Assembly (NCBI GenBank): GCA_018260425.1
Contig: JAGLBD010000014.1
Location: 529 to 64,528, forward strand
Source: Pseudogulbenkiania sp.
GTDB lineage: Bacteria > Pseudomonadota > Gammaproteobacteria > Burkholderiales > Chromobacteriaceae
DNA length: 64,000 bases
Direction: 5' to 3'
Shown: piece after piece, positions 16,756-28,012 of the stretch
How the letters are laid out: every line of letters begins with the position of its first letter
Numbering within the stretch: position 1 is the stretch's first letter
Made by a program: the position numbers and the translations under genes
Notes under the pieces: generated by a model
Told to the model about the DNA's origin: nothing
Database searches by the model: none
What the model saw: only the letters and a program-made list of their open reading frames with translations

Positions 16756-19700
16756 ATGCATCAGGTGTTGAGCCGCCAGTTGCGCCGTTTATGGGGCGTC
16801 TCCGAGACCGCCGCCTTGCCTGCCCTGTTCGAAGAGGCAAGCCGTTTGGCTGATCAAGCCGGGGTGTCGGCCGGGTTGGCGGCGGTATTGCGCTCGTTGC
16901 CGGATTTGCTGGAACGCGTCGACAGCAGCTACGAGCAGTTCGACCGGGATCTGGCCTTGCGCTCGCGAAGTCTGGAGTTGAGCTCGCGCGAACTGGGCGA
17001 ATTGAACGATAAGCTTCACCGGGAGCTGGATCGGCGCAATCGCGCCATTGAGTCGTTGCGACAGCTGGCGGTCGGCATGCTCAAAGAACATCTGCCGCTG
17101 GAAGGACTGGGCACCGATGACGATCTGGAAGCGGTGGCGGCGCTGTTGCGCGATCTGGTGCATCAGCAAGATGTGGACCGTATGGAACTGGCCAACCAGC
17201 GTTTTGCGCTGGACCAGCACGCCATTGTCAGCATGACCGATACCGAGGGCAAAATCTGGTATGTCAATGACCGGTTCTGCCAGATCAGTGGTTTTTCCAG
17301 AGAGGAGCTGCTGGGGCAGGGACACAAAGTCATCAATTCCGGCACGCATCCCAAAGAATTCTTTGCCGGATTGTGGACGACCATTACCTCGGGAAAGGTC
17401 TGGCGCGGCGAGATCTGCAACCGTAGCAAGCAAGGTCATTTGTATTGGGTTGATGCGACCATCGTGCCGTTTCTCGACGCCGATGGGTGCCCTTATCAGT
17501 ACATCGCCATCCGCACCGATATCACCGAACGCAAAAAGATGGCGGAAAAGGTCGCCGCCCGGGAAAAGCTCTATCGCTCGGTGGTGAATAGCGTCCAGGA
17601 AGTGATTTTCCAGATCGACGTCAACGGCAACTGGGTATTCCTCAACCCGGCCTGGGAGTCGATTACCGGTCATGGCGTCAAGGAAACGCTGGGCTTGAGC
17701 CAGAGTGAGTTCCTCTATGTAGAACACGTCGTGGAAGGGCAACTGATCCACTTGCTCGAATTTACACCGCAAACCGAGGGTGGGGCGATGTTCGAGGGCA
17801 TGGTCAGAACCCGTTCCGGCGACTACCGTTTTGTGGAAATACTGGCGCGGCTCGATCGTGACGAGGACGGGTTGATCGTCGGTGCCACCGGCACCATGAT
17901 GGATGTGACCGAGCGCCGTGAAGCGCTGATGCAGCTAAAAGAAAACCTCGATTTTGTCGATACCCTGTTCGAGCTGATCCCTACCGCAGTTTACCTGAAA
18001 GATGCCGAAGGCCATTTCAGCCGGGTCAACAAAGCCTTTACCGAGTTGTTCCACACCTCGGCCGAAGAGTGGCTTGGTCGTACCGTACAAGACGTTTTTG
18101 GTCCAGAGGCGGCTGTCGAACATCAGCAAGTCGATGAAGCGCTCTATCGCAAGCTGCAGGGTCAAAGTTATGAAGCACAGGTCCGCTTGAACAACGGACA
18201 GCTGATCGACACGGTGATCAGCAAAGCGCCGTTGGTCAAACGGGATGGCACGGTGTCCGGGCTGGTCGGAACCCTGGTCGACATTACCGGGCGCAAGCAG
18301 GCCGAACGCGATAGTCTGCGCGCCAAGGAAGCGGCGGAGGCGGCCAACCGCTCGAAGAGCGAGTTTCTCGCCAATATGAGCCACGAGATCCGTACTCCGC
18401 TCAACGGCATCATCGGGATGACCGAACTGGTGCTGGAAACCGGGCTGGACGAGCAGCAAACCGAATGGCTGAATATTGTCAAAGCGTCATCCGATGCTTT
18501 GCTGCAGGTGATCAACGACATTCTTGATTTCTCCAAGATCGAAGCGGGCAAGCTGCAGATCGAAAGTATTGAATTCCCCTTGCGCGACGTGTTTGGCGCT
18601 GCGGTGCAATTACTGTCCCTGAAAGCACAGGAGGCCTGCCTGTCGCTGGAGCTGACGGTGGATGAACAGTGTCCCGAGCGTTTGCTGGGTGACCCGGGAC
18701 GCTGGCGGCAAATTGTCATCAATCTGGTCGGCAATGCCATCAAATTTACCCGCAAGGGGGGCGTTGGCATCCACGTGTCGTCGTATAAGCGGGAGGGGCA
18801 GGTCTGGATTGAATTTTCGGTGAGAGATACCGGCATCGGCATTCCTGCCGGCAAGCTGGCACTCATTTTCGATGCGTTTACCCAGGCTGACTCATCAACC
18901 ACGCGACGTTTTGGCGGCACGGGACTGGGCTTGTCCATTACCCGGCATCTGGTGCGGATGATGGGAGGTACTATCGATGTGGCGAGTGAAGAGGGGCGGG
19001 GGAGTACCTTTACCGTTTCGCTGCCGGTGCACCTCGCGGCCTCCCGGCTGGTGACACCGACCAAGGACACGACCTCCCGCCCGGCCAGTCGCACGCTCAA
19101 GGTCTTGCTGGTCGAAGACAACTACATCAACCAGCGGCTGGCACTGAGTTTGCTGGGGAAATGGGGGCATCGCGTGGTGTTGGCCAACAACGGCGAGGAG
19201 GCGCTCTCCTTTTGGCGCAACGAGCCGTTTGACGTAATCCTCATGGATATCCAGATGCCGGTGATGGGGGGCTTTGAGGCGACGCGCTTGCTGCGCCAGG
19301 AAGAAGCGACGCTTGGACAGCATATTCCGGTGATTGCCATGACGGCCAATGCCATGGAAGGCGACCGGGAGCGGTGTCTGGCAGAAGGGATGGACGACTA
19401 TATAGCCAAGCCGATCAAAGCCTCGGATCTCCATGATCTGCTGCAGACTATCCCGTTGACCGCAGCGGTGGCCGACAGTCTCGACGGTTTCGATTATGCG
19501 GCGGCCCTGCGTCATGCGGATCAGGAGGTGATACGGTTGATTGCCGGGCACTTCCTGCAGCATGCCCCCGAACAGTTCCGGCGCATGGAGCAGGCCTTGC
19601 ACGCCAACGACCTCGCCGCGTTGGCCAGAGAAGCCCATAGTCTGAAAGGCTTGTTTGATTCCTTTGGCGCGCAGCCGGCGGTCGCTCTTGCACAAGCTGT

Positions 19701-19809
19701 TCAGGATAGTGTTGATCAAGGTCGGGTAGCGCCGGCACAGCTACAGGCACTCCGGGAGGAGTTCACCCGGCTGGCCCCTTATCTGGCGCCGTATAGCGGG
19801 ACAGCCTGA
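16756..19809 (+). CDS. Cytoplasmic multi-PAS hybrid sensor histidine kinase (PAS x3, HisKA, HATPase_c, REC, Hpt)
   Basis: 1017 aa with no TM segment. H-box [18 protein letters not shown]-box [10 protein letters not shown]1 VRDTGIGI, G2 [12 protein letters not shown] ([13 protein letters not shown]), C-terminal Hpt ([12 protein letters not shown]). Confidence 0.92.
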   Translation: MHQVLSRQLRRLWGVSETAALPALFEEASRLADQAGVSAGLAAVLRSLPDLLERVDSSYEQFDRDLALRSRSLELSSRELGELNDKLHRELDRRNRAIESLRQLAVGMLKEHLPLEGLGTDDDLEAVAALLRDLVHQQDVDRMELANQRFALDQHAIVSMTDTEGKIWYVNDRFCQISGFSREELLGQGHKVINSGTHPKEFFAGLWTTITSGKVWRGEICNRSKQGHLYWVDATIVPFLDADGCPYQYIAIRTDITERKKMAEKVAAREKLYRSVVNSVQEVIFQIDVNGNWVFLNPAWESITGHGVKETLGLSQSEFLYVEHVVEGQLIHLLEFTPQTEGGAMFEGMVRTRSGDYRFVEILARLDRDEDGLIVGATGTMMDVTERREALMQLKENLDFVDTLFELIPTAVYLKDAEGHFSRVNKAFTELFHTSAEEWLGRTVQDVFGPEAAVEHQQVDEALYRKLQGQSYEAQVRLNNGQLIDTVISKAPLVKRDGTVSGLVGTLVDITGRKQAERDSLRAKEAAEAANRSKSEFLANMSHEIRTPLNGIIGMTELVLETGLDEQQTEWLNIVKASSDALLQVINDILDFSKIEAGKLQIESIEFPLRDVFGAAVQLLSLKAQEACLSLELTVDEQCPERLLGDPGRWRQIVINLVGNAIKFTRKGGVGIHVSSYKREGQVWIEFSVRDTGIGIPAGKLALIFDAFTQADSSTTRRFGGTGLGLSITRHLVRMMGGTIDVASEEGRGSTFTVSLPVHLAASRLVTPTKDTTSRPASRTLKVLLVEDNYINQRLALSLLGKWGHRVVLANNGEEALSFWRNEPFDVILMDIQMPVMGGFEATRLLRQEEATLGQHIPVIAMTANAMEGDRERCLAEGMDDYIAKPIKASDLHDLLQTIPLTAAVADSLDGFDYAAALRHADQEVIRLIAGHFLQHAPEQFRRMEQALHANDLAALAREAHSLKGLFDSFGAQPAVALAQAVQDSVDQGRVAPAQLQALREEFTRLAPYLAPYSGTA

Positions 19810-19838
19810 ATGATGTAACAGGCGTCCCGGGGTAGGGT

Positions 19839-20411
19839 CTAAAAGTAACGGATATGACCTGACATCAGACCCTCGACTAAAACTGACTCGGCGCTGTCTC
19901 GATTGGCGTAGCAAACCATCGCCGTCGTTTCCGGCACACGTTGTAACTCAGCCGGCAGTGGCCTAAAGCCAAGGCGGTCGTAAAGCGTCGTTTCCCGGTC
20001 AGCAAAAAGCAGGAAAGCATCGACGCCATGGTGGCTTTGATAGGCGCCCATCAGGGCCTCGAGACAACGGCATGCGATGCCCTGACGCCGCGTGCTGTCC
20101 TTGGTTGCGATCGATCCCAAGCCGATGATTGTGGTCGGGGAGGCGAGTGCAAGCTGGTACGCAATCACTGAGGCAACGGGTTCTCCCCCGGCATCGCCAA
20201 AGGCGTACCACGTCCCTTTCCGGTACTTTTCAGACGAACGGCAGAGGGCAAGGTAGTCATCCTTTGCCATCCCGTCTCCCCACTCGTCAAAGCCCATCAT
20301 GTAGAGCGCGTCCAGCTCACCGGAAGAAGGTAGCGCGAGCGACTGTCCATGCGACGTCAATCCTGAAACACGTGGTGCAGGTCGCAAATGCGACCAGGCT
20401 GGTTTATTCAT
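19839..20411 (-). CDS. GNAT-family N-acetyltransferase
   Basis: 190 aa with an acetyl-CoA-binding-like stretch (RRQGIACRCLEALM) and ...YDRLGFRP. The start codon is uncertain because internal Met codons exist. Confidence 0.6.
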   Translation of the reverse strand: MNKPAWSHLRPAPRVSGLTSHGQSLALPSSGELDALYMMGFDEWGDGMAKDDYLALCRSSEKYRKGTWYAFGDAGGEPVASVIAYQLALASPTTIIGLGSIATKDSTRRQGIACRCLEALMGAYQSHHGVDAFLLFADRETTLYDRLGFRPLPAELQRVPETTAMVCYANRDSAESVLVEGLMSGHIRYF

Positions 20412-20558
20412 GCATCCCCCTGACGTTCACAGAACGGAAGACACCGGGAATGCCCGCAGGTTCAATCCGTTTGCGAATTCACGCTAGTTAAGGTTGGCCG
20501 GCCACTGACGAGTGACCTTCCCTTCGTAACGAACCACCGGTGTAAAAACGACAGGTGG

Positions 20559-20580
20559 TTTTTTTACGTCATTTTTATCT
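20559..20580 (+). promoter_or_regulatory. Candidate KdpE operator (direct T-rich repeats, 11-bp spacing)
   Basis: TTTTTAC (20561-20567) and TTTTTAT (20572-20578) are offset by 11 bp, about 65-85 bp upstream of the first kdp-region ATG. Resembles the T-rich half-sites of the E. coli kdpFABC operator as I remember it. Confidence 0.45.
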
Positions 20581-20644
20581 GTCGACGCGTAACCTTCAAC
20601 CTGTCCTCATCCTGCGCATGGTGCGCAAGTGAACGGAGAGAAAA

Positions 20645-20737
20645 ATGGATGCGTTGTACTTGCTATTGATTGTGCTGTTTTCTGTGTTGCCCTTGCTGAT
20701 GGTGAGAGGCTGCGCACGTCTCGGGGGTGATCTATGA
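20645..20737 (+). CDS. Candidate 30-aa hydrophobic mini-protein, translationally coupled to kdpF (hypothetical)
   Basis: GGAGAG SD 4-9 nt upstream. [30 protein letters not shown]. Its stop overlaps the kdpF start (ATGA). Uses several rare-looking codons (TTG, CTA, AGA), so coding status is unproven. Confidence 0.35.
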   Translation: MDALYLLLIVLFSVLPLLMVRGCARLGGDL

Positions 20738-20823
20738 GCCTGTTTTTTTTGGTGGCTGGCGTTGCGGCGGCAGCCCTGATGGCTTACCTCGTGTATGCCT
20801 TGTTGAAACCGGAGGACTTCTGA
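20734..20823 (+). CDS. kdpF: K+-transporting ATPase subunit F
   Basis: Not in the ORF track because it is below the size cut-off. 29 aa [29 protein letters not shown], which matches the E. coli KdpF pattern ...GYLVYAL...AE.F. Ends 1 nt before kdpA. Confidence 0.8.
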   Translation: MSLFFLVAGVAAAALMAYLVYALLKPEDF

Positions 20824-20824
20824 A

Positions 20825-22633
20825 ATGACTGGCAATGCCATGATGCTCCTCGCGCTGTTCCTCGGCGTGCTGGTGTTACTGTCGTATCCCTTGGGGATTT
20901 ATCTGGCCCGGATCTTTTCCGGTCAGAATGTCGGCCCTGCGCGGCTGTTTGCGCCGCTGGAGCGACTGATCTATCGTCTCGCCGGCGTCAAGGCCGACGA
21001 AGAAACCGGCTGGCGCAGCTATGCGGTCGGCCTGTTGCTGTTCAATATTGCCGGCTTCGTGTTCCTTTACCTGTTGCAACGTGCCCAGGCGTTCCTGCCA
21101 TTCAACCCGCAAGGGATGGGTGCGGTGGCGCCGGACCTGGCGTTCAACACCGCGATCTCCTTTGTCGCCAATACCAACTGGCAGGCCTATGGCGGTGAAA
21201 CCACCATGGGCTATCTGGTGCAGATGCTCGGCCTGACCGTGCAGAACTTCGTGTCGGCCGCGACCGGTATTGCCGTGGCCGTTGCACTGGTACGGGGCTT
21301 TTCCCGCCATTCCAGTGCCGTGATCGGTAATTTCTGGGTCGATCTGGTGCGAGCCACCCTGCACGTATTGTTGCCATTGGCTATCGTGTTTGGTCTGGCC
21401 TTTGTCAGCCAGGGCGTGATCCAGAACCTGTCGCCGTATCAGCAGGTCGATACCGTCGAGTCGGTCAGCTACCAGCAGGCTCGTGTCGACGCCAATGGTA
21501 ATGCGGTGCTGGACAAGGCCGGCAAACCGGTCATGGATACCCTGACGACCCGCAAGCAAACGCTGGCGATGGGTCCGGTGGCGTCACAGGAAGCCATCAA
21601 GATGTTGGGTACCAATGGTGGTGGTTTCTTCAATGCCAACTCCTCGCATCCGTATGAAAACCCCACGCCGCTGAGTAATTTCCTGCAAGTGCTGGCCATT
21701 TTCCTGATTCCGGCCGCCTTGGTGTTCATGTTCGGCAAGATGGTGGGCGACAAGCGGCAAGGCTTTGCCGTGTTCATGGCGATGGCCGTGCTGTTCGTCG
21801 GCTTGACCTGCACCGGTTTCTGGGCCGAGCAACGCGGCATCCCCGCCATGACGGCACTGGGCGTTGACCAGTCGCATAGCGCGTTGGCCGACGGCGGCAA
21901 TATGGAAGGCAAGGAAACCCGTTTCGGTATCAACGACACCATGCTGTTCGTGGCCGTGACCACCTCCGCCTCCTGCGGGGGGGTGAATGCCATGCATGAC
22001 TCGTTGACTCCGCTGGGCGGCATGGTGCCGATCTTCCTGATGCAACTGGGTGAAGTGGTGTTCGGTGGTGTGGGTGCCGGGCTGTACGGCATGCTGATTT
22101 TTGCCATTCTCGCCGTATTCATCGCCGGTTTGATGGTCGGTCGTACCCCGGAGTATCTGGGCAAGAAGATCGAGACCTTCGAAATGAAGATGACGGCACT
22201 GGTGATTCTGGTGACGCCGCTGCTGGTGCTCGGCCTGACGGCGATTGCCGTGCTCAGTCCGATCGGTCGTGGTGCCGTCGCCAATCCGGGGGCGCATGGA
22301 TTCAGTGAAATCCTCTATGCCTTCACCTCGGCCGCCAACAATAACGGCAGTGCCTTTGCCGGTTTGTCCGCCAACTCGCCGTTCTACAACATTGCCACCG
22401 GTATCGGCATGTGGTTCGGTCGTTTTCTGATCATTGTTCCGGTGCTGGCCATTGCCGGTGCCATGGCGCGCAAAAAACGCCTGACCGTCAATGCCGGTAC
22501 CTTGCCGACCCACGGCCCGCTGTTCGTGGTGTTGCTGGTGGGTACGGTGCTGTTGGTCGGTGCCTTGAACTATGTTCCTGCTCTGGCGCTGGGCCCTGTC
22601 GTTGAACATCTGCAAATGCTGGTTCAGCACTGA
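20825..22633 (+). CDS. kdpA: K+-transporting ATPase subunit A
   Basis: 602 aa polytopic protein. N-terminus and NTNWQ.Y.GE, TNGGGF motifs are typical of KdpA. Operon context. Confidence 0.95.
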   Translation: MTGNAMMLLALFLGVLVLLSYPLGIYLARIFSGQNVGPARLFAPLERLIYRLAGVKADEETGWRSYAVGLLLFNIAGFVFLYLLQRAQAFLPFNPQGMGAVAPDLAFNTAISFVANTNWQAYGGETTMGYLVQMLGLTVQNFVSAATGIAVAVALVRGFSRHSSAVIGNFWVDLVRATLHVLLPLAIVFGLAFVSQGVIQNLSPYQQVDTVESVSYQQARVDANGNAVLDKAGKPVMDTLTTRKQTLAMGPVASQEAIKMLGTNGGGFFNANSSHPYENPTPLSNFLQVLAIFLIPAALVFMFGKMVGDKRQGFAVFMAMAVLFVGLTCTGFWAEQRGIPAMTALGVDQSHSALADGGNMEGKETRFGINDTMLFVAVTTSASCGGVNAMHDSLTPLGGMVPIFLMQLGEVVFGGVGAGLYGMLIFAILAVFIAGLMVGRTPEYLGKKIETFEMKMTALVILVTPLLVLGLTAIAVLSPIGRGAVANPGAHGFSEILYAFTSAANNNGSAFAGLSANSPFYNIATGIGMWFGRFLIIVPVLAIAGAMARKKRLTVNAGTLPTHGPLFVVLLVGTVLLVGALNYVPALALGPVVEHLQMLVQH

Positions 22634-22659
22634 CATCCCGCGATCCAGGAGAAAGAGTG

Positions 22660-24732
22660 ATGAAATCCCAATCTGGTGTTAATTCGATGTTTGATCCGGC
22701 CTTGCTCAAGCCGGCCATCGTAGAGTCGTTCAAGAAGCTGTCGCCGCGGGTGCAATGGCGCAACCCGGTGATGTTTGTGGTGTTCATCGGCAGTATTCTG
22801 ACCACCCTGCTGTTGATCCCGGCCGCTCAGGGTCATGGTGAAGCGCCGTTCGGCTTCATCCTGACCATCACTGTCTGGTTGTGGTTCACGGTGTTGTTCG
22901 CCAACTTTGCTGAAGCAATGGCCGAGGGGCGCAGCAAGGCCCAGGCAGCCAGCTTGCGCAGTGCCAAGAAAAACGTGGTGGCGAAGAAATTATCGGCGCC
23001 GCGTCATGGCAGTGGCGTGACCATTGTCGACGGCACGAGTCTGGTGAAGGGCGACGTCGTGCTGGTGGAAGCCGGCGACGTCATTCCGGTGGATGGCGAG
23101 GTGATCGAAGGGGTGGCCTCGGTCGACGAGTCGGCGATTACCGGCGAGTCTGCTCCGGTCATTCGCGAATCCGGCGGTGATTTTACCTCCGTGACCGGTG
23201 GTACCCGCGTGTTGTCTGACTGGATCGTGGTCAGGATCTCGGTCAATCCGGGCGAAACCTTCCTGGATCGCATGATCGCCATGGTAGAAGGCGCCCGTCG
23301 CCAGAAAACCCCTAACGAGATTGCGCTGACCATCTTGCTGGTGGCATTGACCATCGTGTTTCTGGTGGTGACCGTGACCTTGTTGCCGTTCTCGCAATAT
23401 GGCGTCCTGGCGGCCGGCAAGGGTAGCCCGATCACCATTACCGCGCTGGTCGCCTTGCTGGTGTGTCTGATCCCGACCACCATCGGCGGTTTGTTGTCCG
23501 CGATTGGTGTGGCCGGCATGAGCCGCATGATGGGGGCCAACGTTATCGCCACCTCGGGCCGTGCCGTTGAGGCCGCCGGTGACGTGGATGTCCTGCTGCT
23601 GGACAAAACCGGCACCATCACGCTGGGTAACCGTCAGGCATCGCAGTTCATCCCGGCACCGGGTGTGAGTGAAGCCGCGCTGGCCGACGCTGCACAGTTG
23701 GCTTCGCTGGCCGATGAAACCCCGGAAGGCCGCAGTGTCGTGGTGCTGGCCAAGGAAAAGTTCAGTCTGCGTCAACGCGAATTGAATGCCCATGAAGCCC
23801 GTTTCGTTCCGTTCACGGCACAAACCCGCATGAGTGGCGTGGACTACGATGGTCGTTGCATTCGCAAGGGCTCCATCGATGCGATTCGTCGTCATGTCGA
23901 AGAACTGGGGGGGCGTTTCCCGGCGGAGGTCGACCGCGCGGCCAGTGATGTTGCGCGTCGCGGCAGTACCCCCTTGCTGGTGGCCGATGGCAAGCAGGTC
24001 ATGGGCGTGATCGAGCTCAAGGACATCGTCAAGGGCGGGATCAAGGAGCGTTTCGCCGAGCTGCGCGCGATGGGCATCAAGACCATCATGATCACCGGTG
24101 ACAATCCGCTGACCGCCGCGGCCATTGCCGCCGAAGCCGGTGTCGATGACTTCCTGGCCGAAGCCACCCCGGAAAACAAGTTGGAACTGATTCGCCGCCA
24201 TCAGGCAGAAGGCAAACTGGTCGCCATGACCGGCGACGGTACCAATGATGCACCGGCACTGGCGCAGGCCGATGTTGCCGTTGCGATGAACACCGGTACT
24301 CAGGCCGCCAAGGAAGCCGGCAATATGGTTGACCTCGACTCGAATCCGACCAAGTTGATCGAGATTGTCGAAATCGGCAAGCAAATGCTGATGACGCGGG
24401 GCTCGCTGACCACCTTCTCGGTGGCCAACGATATCGCCAAGTACTTTGCCATCATTCCGGCGGCGTTTGCCACGACCTATCCGCAGTTGAATGCCCTGAA
24501 TGTCATGGGGCTGGGCAGCCCGGCCTCGGCCATTCTGTCGGCGGTGATTTTCAATGCGCTGATTATCGTGTTCCTGATTCCGCTGGCGCTGCGCGGCGTC
24601 AACTATCAGGCGCGCAGTGCCGAAGTGCTGTTGCGCAATAACCTGCTGGTGTATGGCCTGGGTGGCATCATCGTGCCGTTTGCCGGCATCAAGCTGATCG
24701 ATATGGTGCTGGTCGCCATGGGTCTGGTGTAA
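22660..24732 (+). CDS. kdpB: K+-transporting P-type ATPase subunit B
   Basis: DKTGTIT phosphorylation motif, [17 protein letters not shown] 22660 is one codon after a GTG at 22657. Confidence 0.95.
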   Translation: MKSQSGVNSMFDPALLKPAIVESFKKLSPRVQWRNPVMFVVFIGSILTTLLLIPAAQGHGEAPFGFILTITVWLWFTVLFANFAEAMAEGRSKAQAASLRSAKKNVVAKKLSAPRHGSGVTIVDGTSLVKGDVVLVEAGDVIPVDGEVIEGVASVDESAITGESAPVIRESGGDFTSVTGGTRVLSDWIVVRISVNPGETFLDRMIAMVEGARRQKTPNEIALTILLVALTIVFLVVTVTLLPFSQYGVLAAGKGSPITITALVALLVCLIPTTIGGLLSAIGVAGMSRMMGANVIATSGRAVEAAGDVDVLLLDKTGTITLGNRQASQFIPAPGVSEAALADAAQLASLADETPEGRSVVVLAKEKFSLRQRELNAHEARFVPFTAQTRMSGVDYDGRCIRKGSIDAIRRHVEELGGRFPAEVDRAASDVARRGSTPLLVADGKQVMGVIELKDIVKGGIKERFAELRAMGIKTIMITGDNPLTAAAIAAEAGVDDFLAEATPENKLELIRRHQAEGKLVAMTGDGTNDAPALAQADVAVAMNTGTQAAKEAGNMVDLDSNPTKLIEIVEIGKQMLMTRGSLTTFSVANDIAKYFAIIPAAFATTYPQLNALNVMGLGSPASAILSAVIFNALIIVFLIPLALRGVNYQARSAEVLLRNNLLVYGLGGIIVPFAGIKLIDMVLVAMGLV

Positions 24733-24742
24733 AGGAATCATC

Positions 24743-25318
24743 ATGAAACAACTTCGTCCCGCACTGACTGTTTTTGCCATGCTTTCGCTGGTGACCGGGC
24801 TGGCTTACCCCTTGGCCATGACCGGCTTGTCGCAGCTGTTGTTTCCGGCCGAGGCCAATGGCAGCCTGATCGTCAAGGACGGCAAGGCGATGGGCTCCAG
24901 CTTGATCGGCCAGAATTTCAGCAATCCGAACTATTTCTGGGGCCGCCCGTCGGCCACCAGCCCGATGCCCTATAACGCGGCCAACTCCGGCGGCAGCAAC
25001 CTTGGCCCGACCAATCCGGCAACGCTGGATGCGGTGAAGGCCCGGATTGCCGCGCTGAAAGCCGCGGGTCCGGTACCGGAAGGCCCGGTGCCTGCCGATC
25101 TGGTCCAGGCATCGTCCAGTGGTCTGGATCCGGAAATCACCCCGGCAGCCGCGTTATATCAGGTGCCACGCATTGCCAAAGTGCGTAACATTCCAGTTGA
25201 GAAGATAAAAGAGCTTATTGATGCCAATACACTTGGCCACCAATGGGGAGTGCTGGGTCAGTCGCGTGTCAATGTACTGAAACTCAACCTCGCGCTGGAC
25301 AACTACAAGGCAAGCTGA
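24743..25318 (+). CDS. kdpC: K+-transporting ATPase subunit C
   Basis: 191 aa with an N-terminal TM and GRPSA...SGGSNLGP...SSSGLDP motifs. Operon context. Confidence 0.92.
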   Translation: MKQLRPALTVFAMLSLVTGLAYPLAMTGLSQLLFPAEANGSLIVKDGKAMGSSLIGQNFSNPNYFWGRPSATSPMPYNAANSGGSNLGPTNPATLDAVKARIAALKAAGPVPEGPVPADLVQASSSGLDPEITPAAALYQVPRIAKVRNIPVEKIKELIDANTLGHQWGVLGQSRVNVLKLNLALDNYKAS

Positions 25319-25324
25319 CCGACC

Positions 25325-28006
25325 ATGACCGATCTGCGTCCCGATCCTGACGAATTGCTGGATGAACTTCGCCGCGAGGAGGAGGCAGCCCGGCGCGGGC
25401 GGCTGAAGATCTTCTTCGGTGCTTGCGCCGGTGTCGGTAAAACCTATGCCATGCTCGCTGCCGCCAAAGCCCGGCGCAGCGAAGGCGTGGATGTGCTGGT
25501 GGGGGTGGTGGAAACCCATGGCCGTTCCGAAACGGCGGCCATGTTGGAAGGGCTGCCTGTCCAGCCCCCCCATTATCTGGAGTACAAGGGCAAGCGTCTG
25601 GCCGAGTTCGATCTGGACGGCGCGCTCGCCCTGCATCCTTCCCTCATCCTGATCGATGAGTTCGCGCACTCCAATGTCACCGGGTCGCGCCATCCCAAAC
25701 GCTGGCAGGACGTCGAGGAATTGCTGGCGGCTGGCATCGATGTGTATACCACGCTCAATGTCCAGCATCTGGAAAGTCTCAATGATGTGGTCGGCCGCAT
25801 CACCGGCATCGTGGTGCGGGAAACCTTGCCCGATCAGGTGTTCGATACCGCCGATGATGTGGCTCTGGTCGACTTGCCTCCCGATGAATTGATTGGCCGG
25901 CTGAATGCCGGGAAGGTGTATTTGCCGCATCAGGCCGAACGGGCCATCCGCAATTTCTTCCGCAAGGGCAATTTGCTGGCCTTGCGCGAGTTGGCGCTGC
26001 GGCGCACGGCCGACCGTGTCGATGCGCAAATGCGTGCCTATCGTGCGAATCAATCCATCCAGCCGGTCTGGCAAGCGCGTGAACGTTTGCTGGTGTGTGT
26101 CGGCAACCGGCCGGGTGGCGAACAATTGGTGCGGAGTGCCAAACGCTTGGCCGCCAGTCTGGACGCCGACTGGCTGGTGGTACACGTCGATACCCCGGGC
26201 GGCCCGTCCCTGACCGAAGAGGAACGCCAGCGTCTGCTCAAGGTGCTGCGACTCGCTCAGGAACTGGGGGCCGAGACGTCGGTGCTGGCCGGGTCGGATC
26301 TCGCCAGTACCCTGCTGGCCTATGCCCGCAGCCGCAACGTGTCCAAACTGGTGGTGGCGCGTCACCGCAAGAGTGCGCTGATGGCCCGTATCCGCCCGTC
26401 GCTGGTCGACCATCTGTCGCGCCAGGCCGAAGACGTGGATGTCTATGTTGTCGCCCACGATCTGGACGAGGATGTGGCGGGGCAGGACAAGCGCAGTAAT
26501 GTTCGCAGCCTGCTGTTCGATGACGTGTCGGCGCGGCGCCGCAAACAGGGCTATGTAGCCGCACTGCTGTCCTCGGCGCTGACTACCGGACTGTCGGCAC
26601 TGTTGATCCAGCATTTTGAATTGGCCAACGTGATCATGGTCTATTTGCTGGCCGTGGTGATGGTGGCGGTGCGTTACGGGCGGGCGGCCGGCATGCTGGC
26701 TTCCTTCTTGTCAGTCGCCTTGTTCGACTTTTTCTTTGTGCCGCCACGCATGTCGTTCAGCGTGTCGGATACCCAATATCTGCTGACCTTCGTGGTGATG
26801 CTGGTGGTGTCATTGATCATCAGTCAGCAAACGGCCCGTCTGCGCTTCGATGCCAGGGCGGCCACCTTCCGTGAACGCCGGACACGGGTGCTCTATGATC
26901 TCGGCCGCGAGTTGGCCGGTGCGCTGACCGGCGCGCAGATCGTGGAAACGGCCGAGCGTCATATCGATGGCTTGTTCAATGGTCGTCCGGTGCTGTTCGT
27001 GCCGGATGGCGACGAGCACATGAAAAAAACCGACCCGGAGCAGGGCGGCGACGAGGGCGTGGCCCAGTGGGTGTTTGATAATCAGCAAGCGGCAGGACGC
27101 GGCACCAATACCTTGCCCTCATCGCCGGCCCTGTATGTGCCGCTCAAGGCACCGATGCGGGTGCGCGGGGTGTTGGCCATCCTGTTGCCGGAAGGCAGTC
27201 GCGGCTTGTTGCCCGACGAAGTGCGTTTGCTGGAAACCTGCGCCGCGCAGATTGCTCTGGCGCTGGAGCGTGTTCATTATGTTGAAGTGGCGCAAGATGC
27301 CATTGTGGCCATGGAGTCGGAGCGCTTGCGCAATAGTGTGCTGGCGACGGTGTCCCATGACTTGCGAACACCGCTCACCACGCTGGTCGGCATGGCCTCG
27401 CTCTTGGAAAACGACTCGCTGGACCACACCCGTCGCCATGAACTGGCCCGCTCCATCAATAGCGAGGCCCAGCGCATGAGCCGTCTGGTGACCAACCTGC
27501 TGGACATGGCGCGGCTGCAATCCGGCGTGAAACCCGACAAGCAGTGGCAATATCTGGATGAAGTGATTGGCAGCGTGCTGCGGGAAATGGGCGGACGGCT
27601 GGCCGGTCATGCCCTGTCGCTGGATATGGCCGACGACCTGCCCTTGGTGAATATCGATGAAGTGTTGCTGGAGCGGGTATTGGTCAATCTGCTCGACAAT
27701 GCCTGCAAGTATGCCCCCAAGAGCTCGACCATCCAGTTGACTGTCCGGCACGAAGAAGATGTCGTGCGTGTTTCGGTGCGTGACGATGGTCCGGGTTGGC
27801 CGGCGCATTTGGCGAATAGCATGTTCGACAAATTCACCCGTGGCAGCAATGAAAGTGCGACGCCGGGTGTCGGGCTGGGACTGGCGATTTGCCGCGGCAT
27901 CGTCGAGGCGCATGGTGGCCGGATCTCTGCTGAAAATGCCGTGCCGCAGGGCGCAATCGTTACCTTTACCTTGCCGGTGGAAACGCCACCTGCCGTACCG
28001 GAGTAA
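25325..28006 (+). CDS. kdpD: Sensor histidine kinase KdpD
   Basis: 893 aa. N-terminal KdpD domain with GACAGVGKTYAML P-loop, Usp-like region, 4 TM, GAF-like region, H-box SHDLRTPLT, N/G boxes LLDNACKY and DDGPG. Confidence 0.95.
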   Translation: MTDLRPDPDELLDELRREEEAARRGRLKIFFGACAGVGKTYAMLAAAKARRSEGVDVLVGVVETHGRSETAAMLEGLPVQPPHYLEYKGKRLAEFDLDGALALHPSLILIDEFAHSNVTGSRHPKRWQDVEELLAAGIDVYTTLNVQHLESLNDVVGRITGIVVRETLPDQVFDTADDVALVDLPPDELIGRLNAGKVYLPHQAERAIRNFFRKGNLLALRELALRRTADRVDAQMRAYRANQSIQPVWQARERLLVCVGNRPGGEQLVRSAKRLAASLDADWLVVHVDTPGGPSLTEEERQRLLKVLRLAQELGAETSVLAGSDLASTLLAYARSRNVSKLVVARHRKSALMARIRPSLVDHLSRQAEDVDVYVVAHDLDEDVAGQDKRSNVRSLLFDDVSARRRKQGYVAALLSSALTTGLSALLIQHFELANVIMVYLLAVVMVAVRYGRAAGMLASFLSVALFDFFFVPPRMSFSVSDTQYLLTFVVMLVVSLIISQQTARLRFDARAATFRERRTRVLYDLGRELAGALTGAQIVETAERHIDGLFNGRPVLFVPDGDEHMKKTDPEQGGDEGVAQWVFDNQQAAGRGTNTLPSSPALYVPLKAPMRVRGVLAILLPEGSRGLLPDEVRLLETCAAQIALALERVHYVEVAQDAIVAMESERLRNSVLATVSHDLRTPLTTLVGMASLLENDSLDHTRRHELARSINSEAQRMSRLVTNLLDMARLQSGVKPDKQWQYLDEVIGSVLREMGGRLAGHALSLDMADDLPLVNIDEVLLERVLVNLLDNACKYAPKSSTIQLTVRHEEDVVRVSVRDDGPGWPAHLANSMFDKFTRGSNESATPGVGLGLAICRGIVEAHGGRISAENAVPQGAIVTFTLPVETPPAVPE

Positions 28007-28012
28007 GTTGCC

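Noticed and set aside
20532-20565. Hairpin AACCACC-N15-GGTGGTT followed by a T7 run, which looks like a + strand intrinsic terminator.
   Set aside because: No + strand gene ends upstream of it, because the GNAT gene is on the other strand and starts at 20411. The loop is long at 15 nt. The T-tract is more economically explained as part of the KdpE-type operator.
20743-20750. T8 homopolymer inside kdpF as a possible phase-variation (slipped-strand) tract.
   Set aside because: It simply encodes Phe-Phe-Leu in a hydrophobic helix. It is short for a contingency locus, and nothing else about the kdp operon suggests phase variation.
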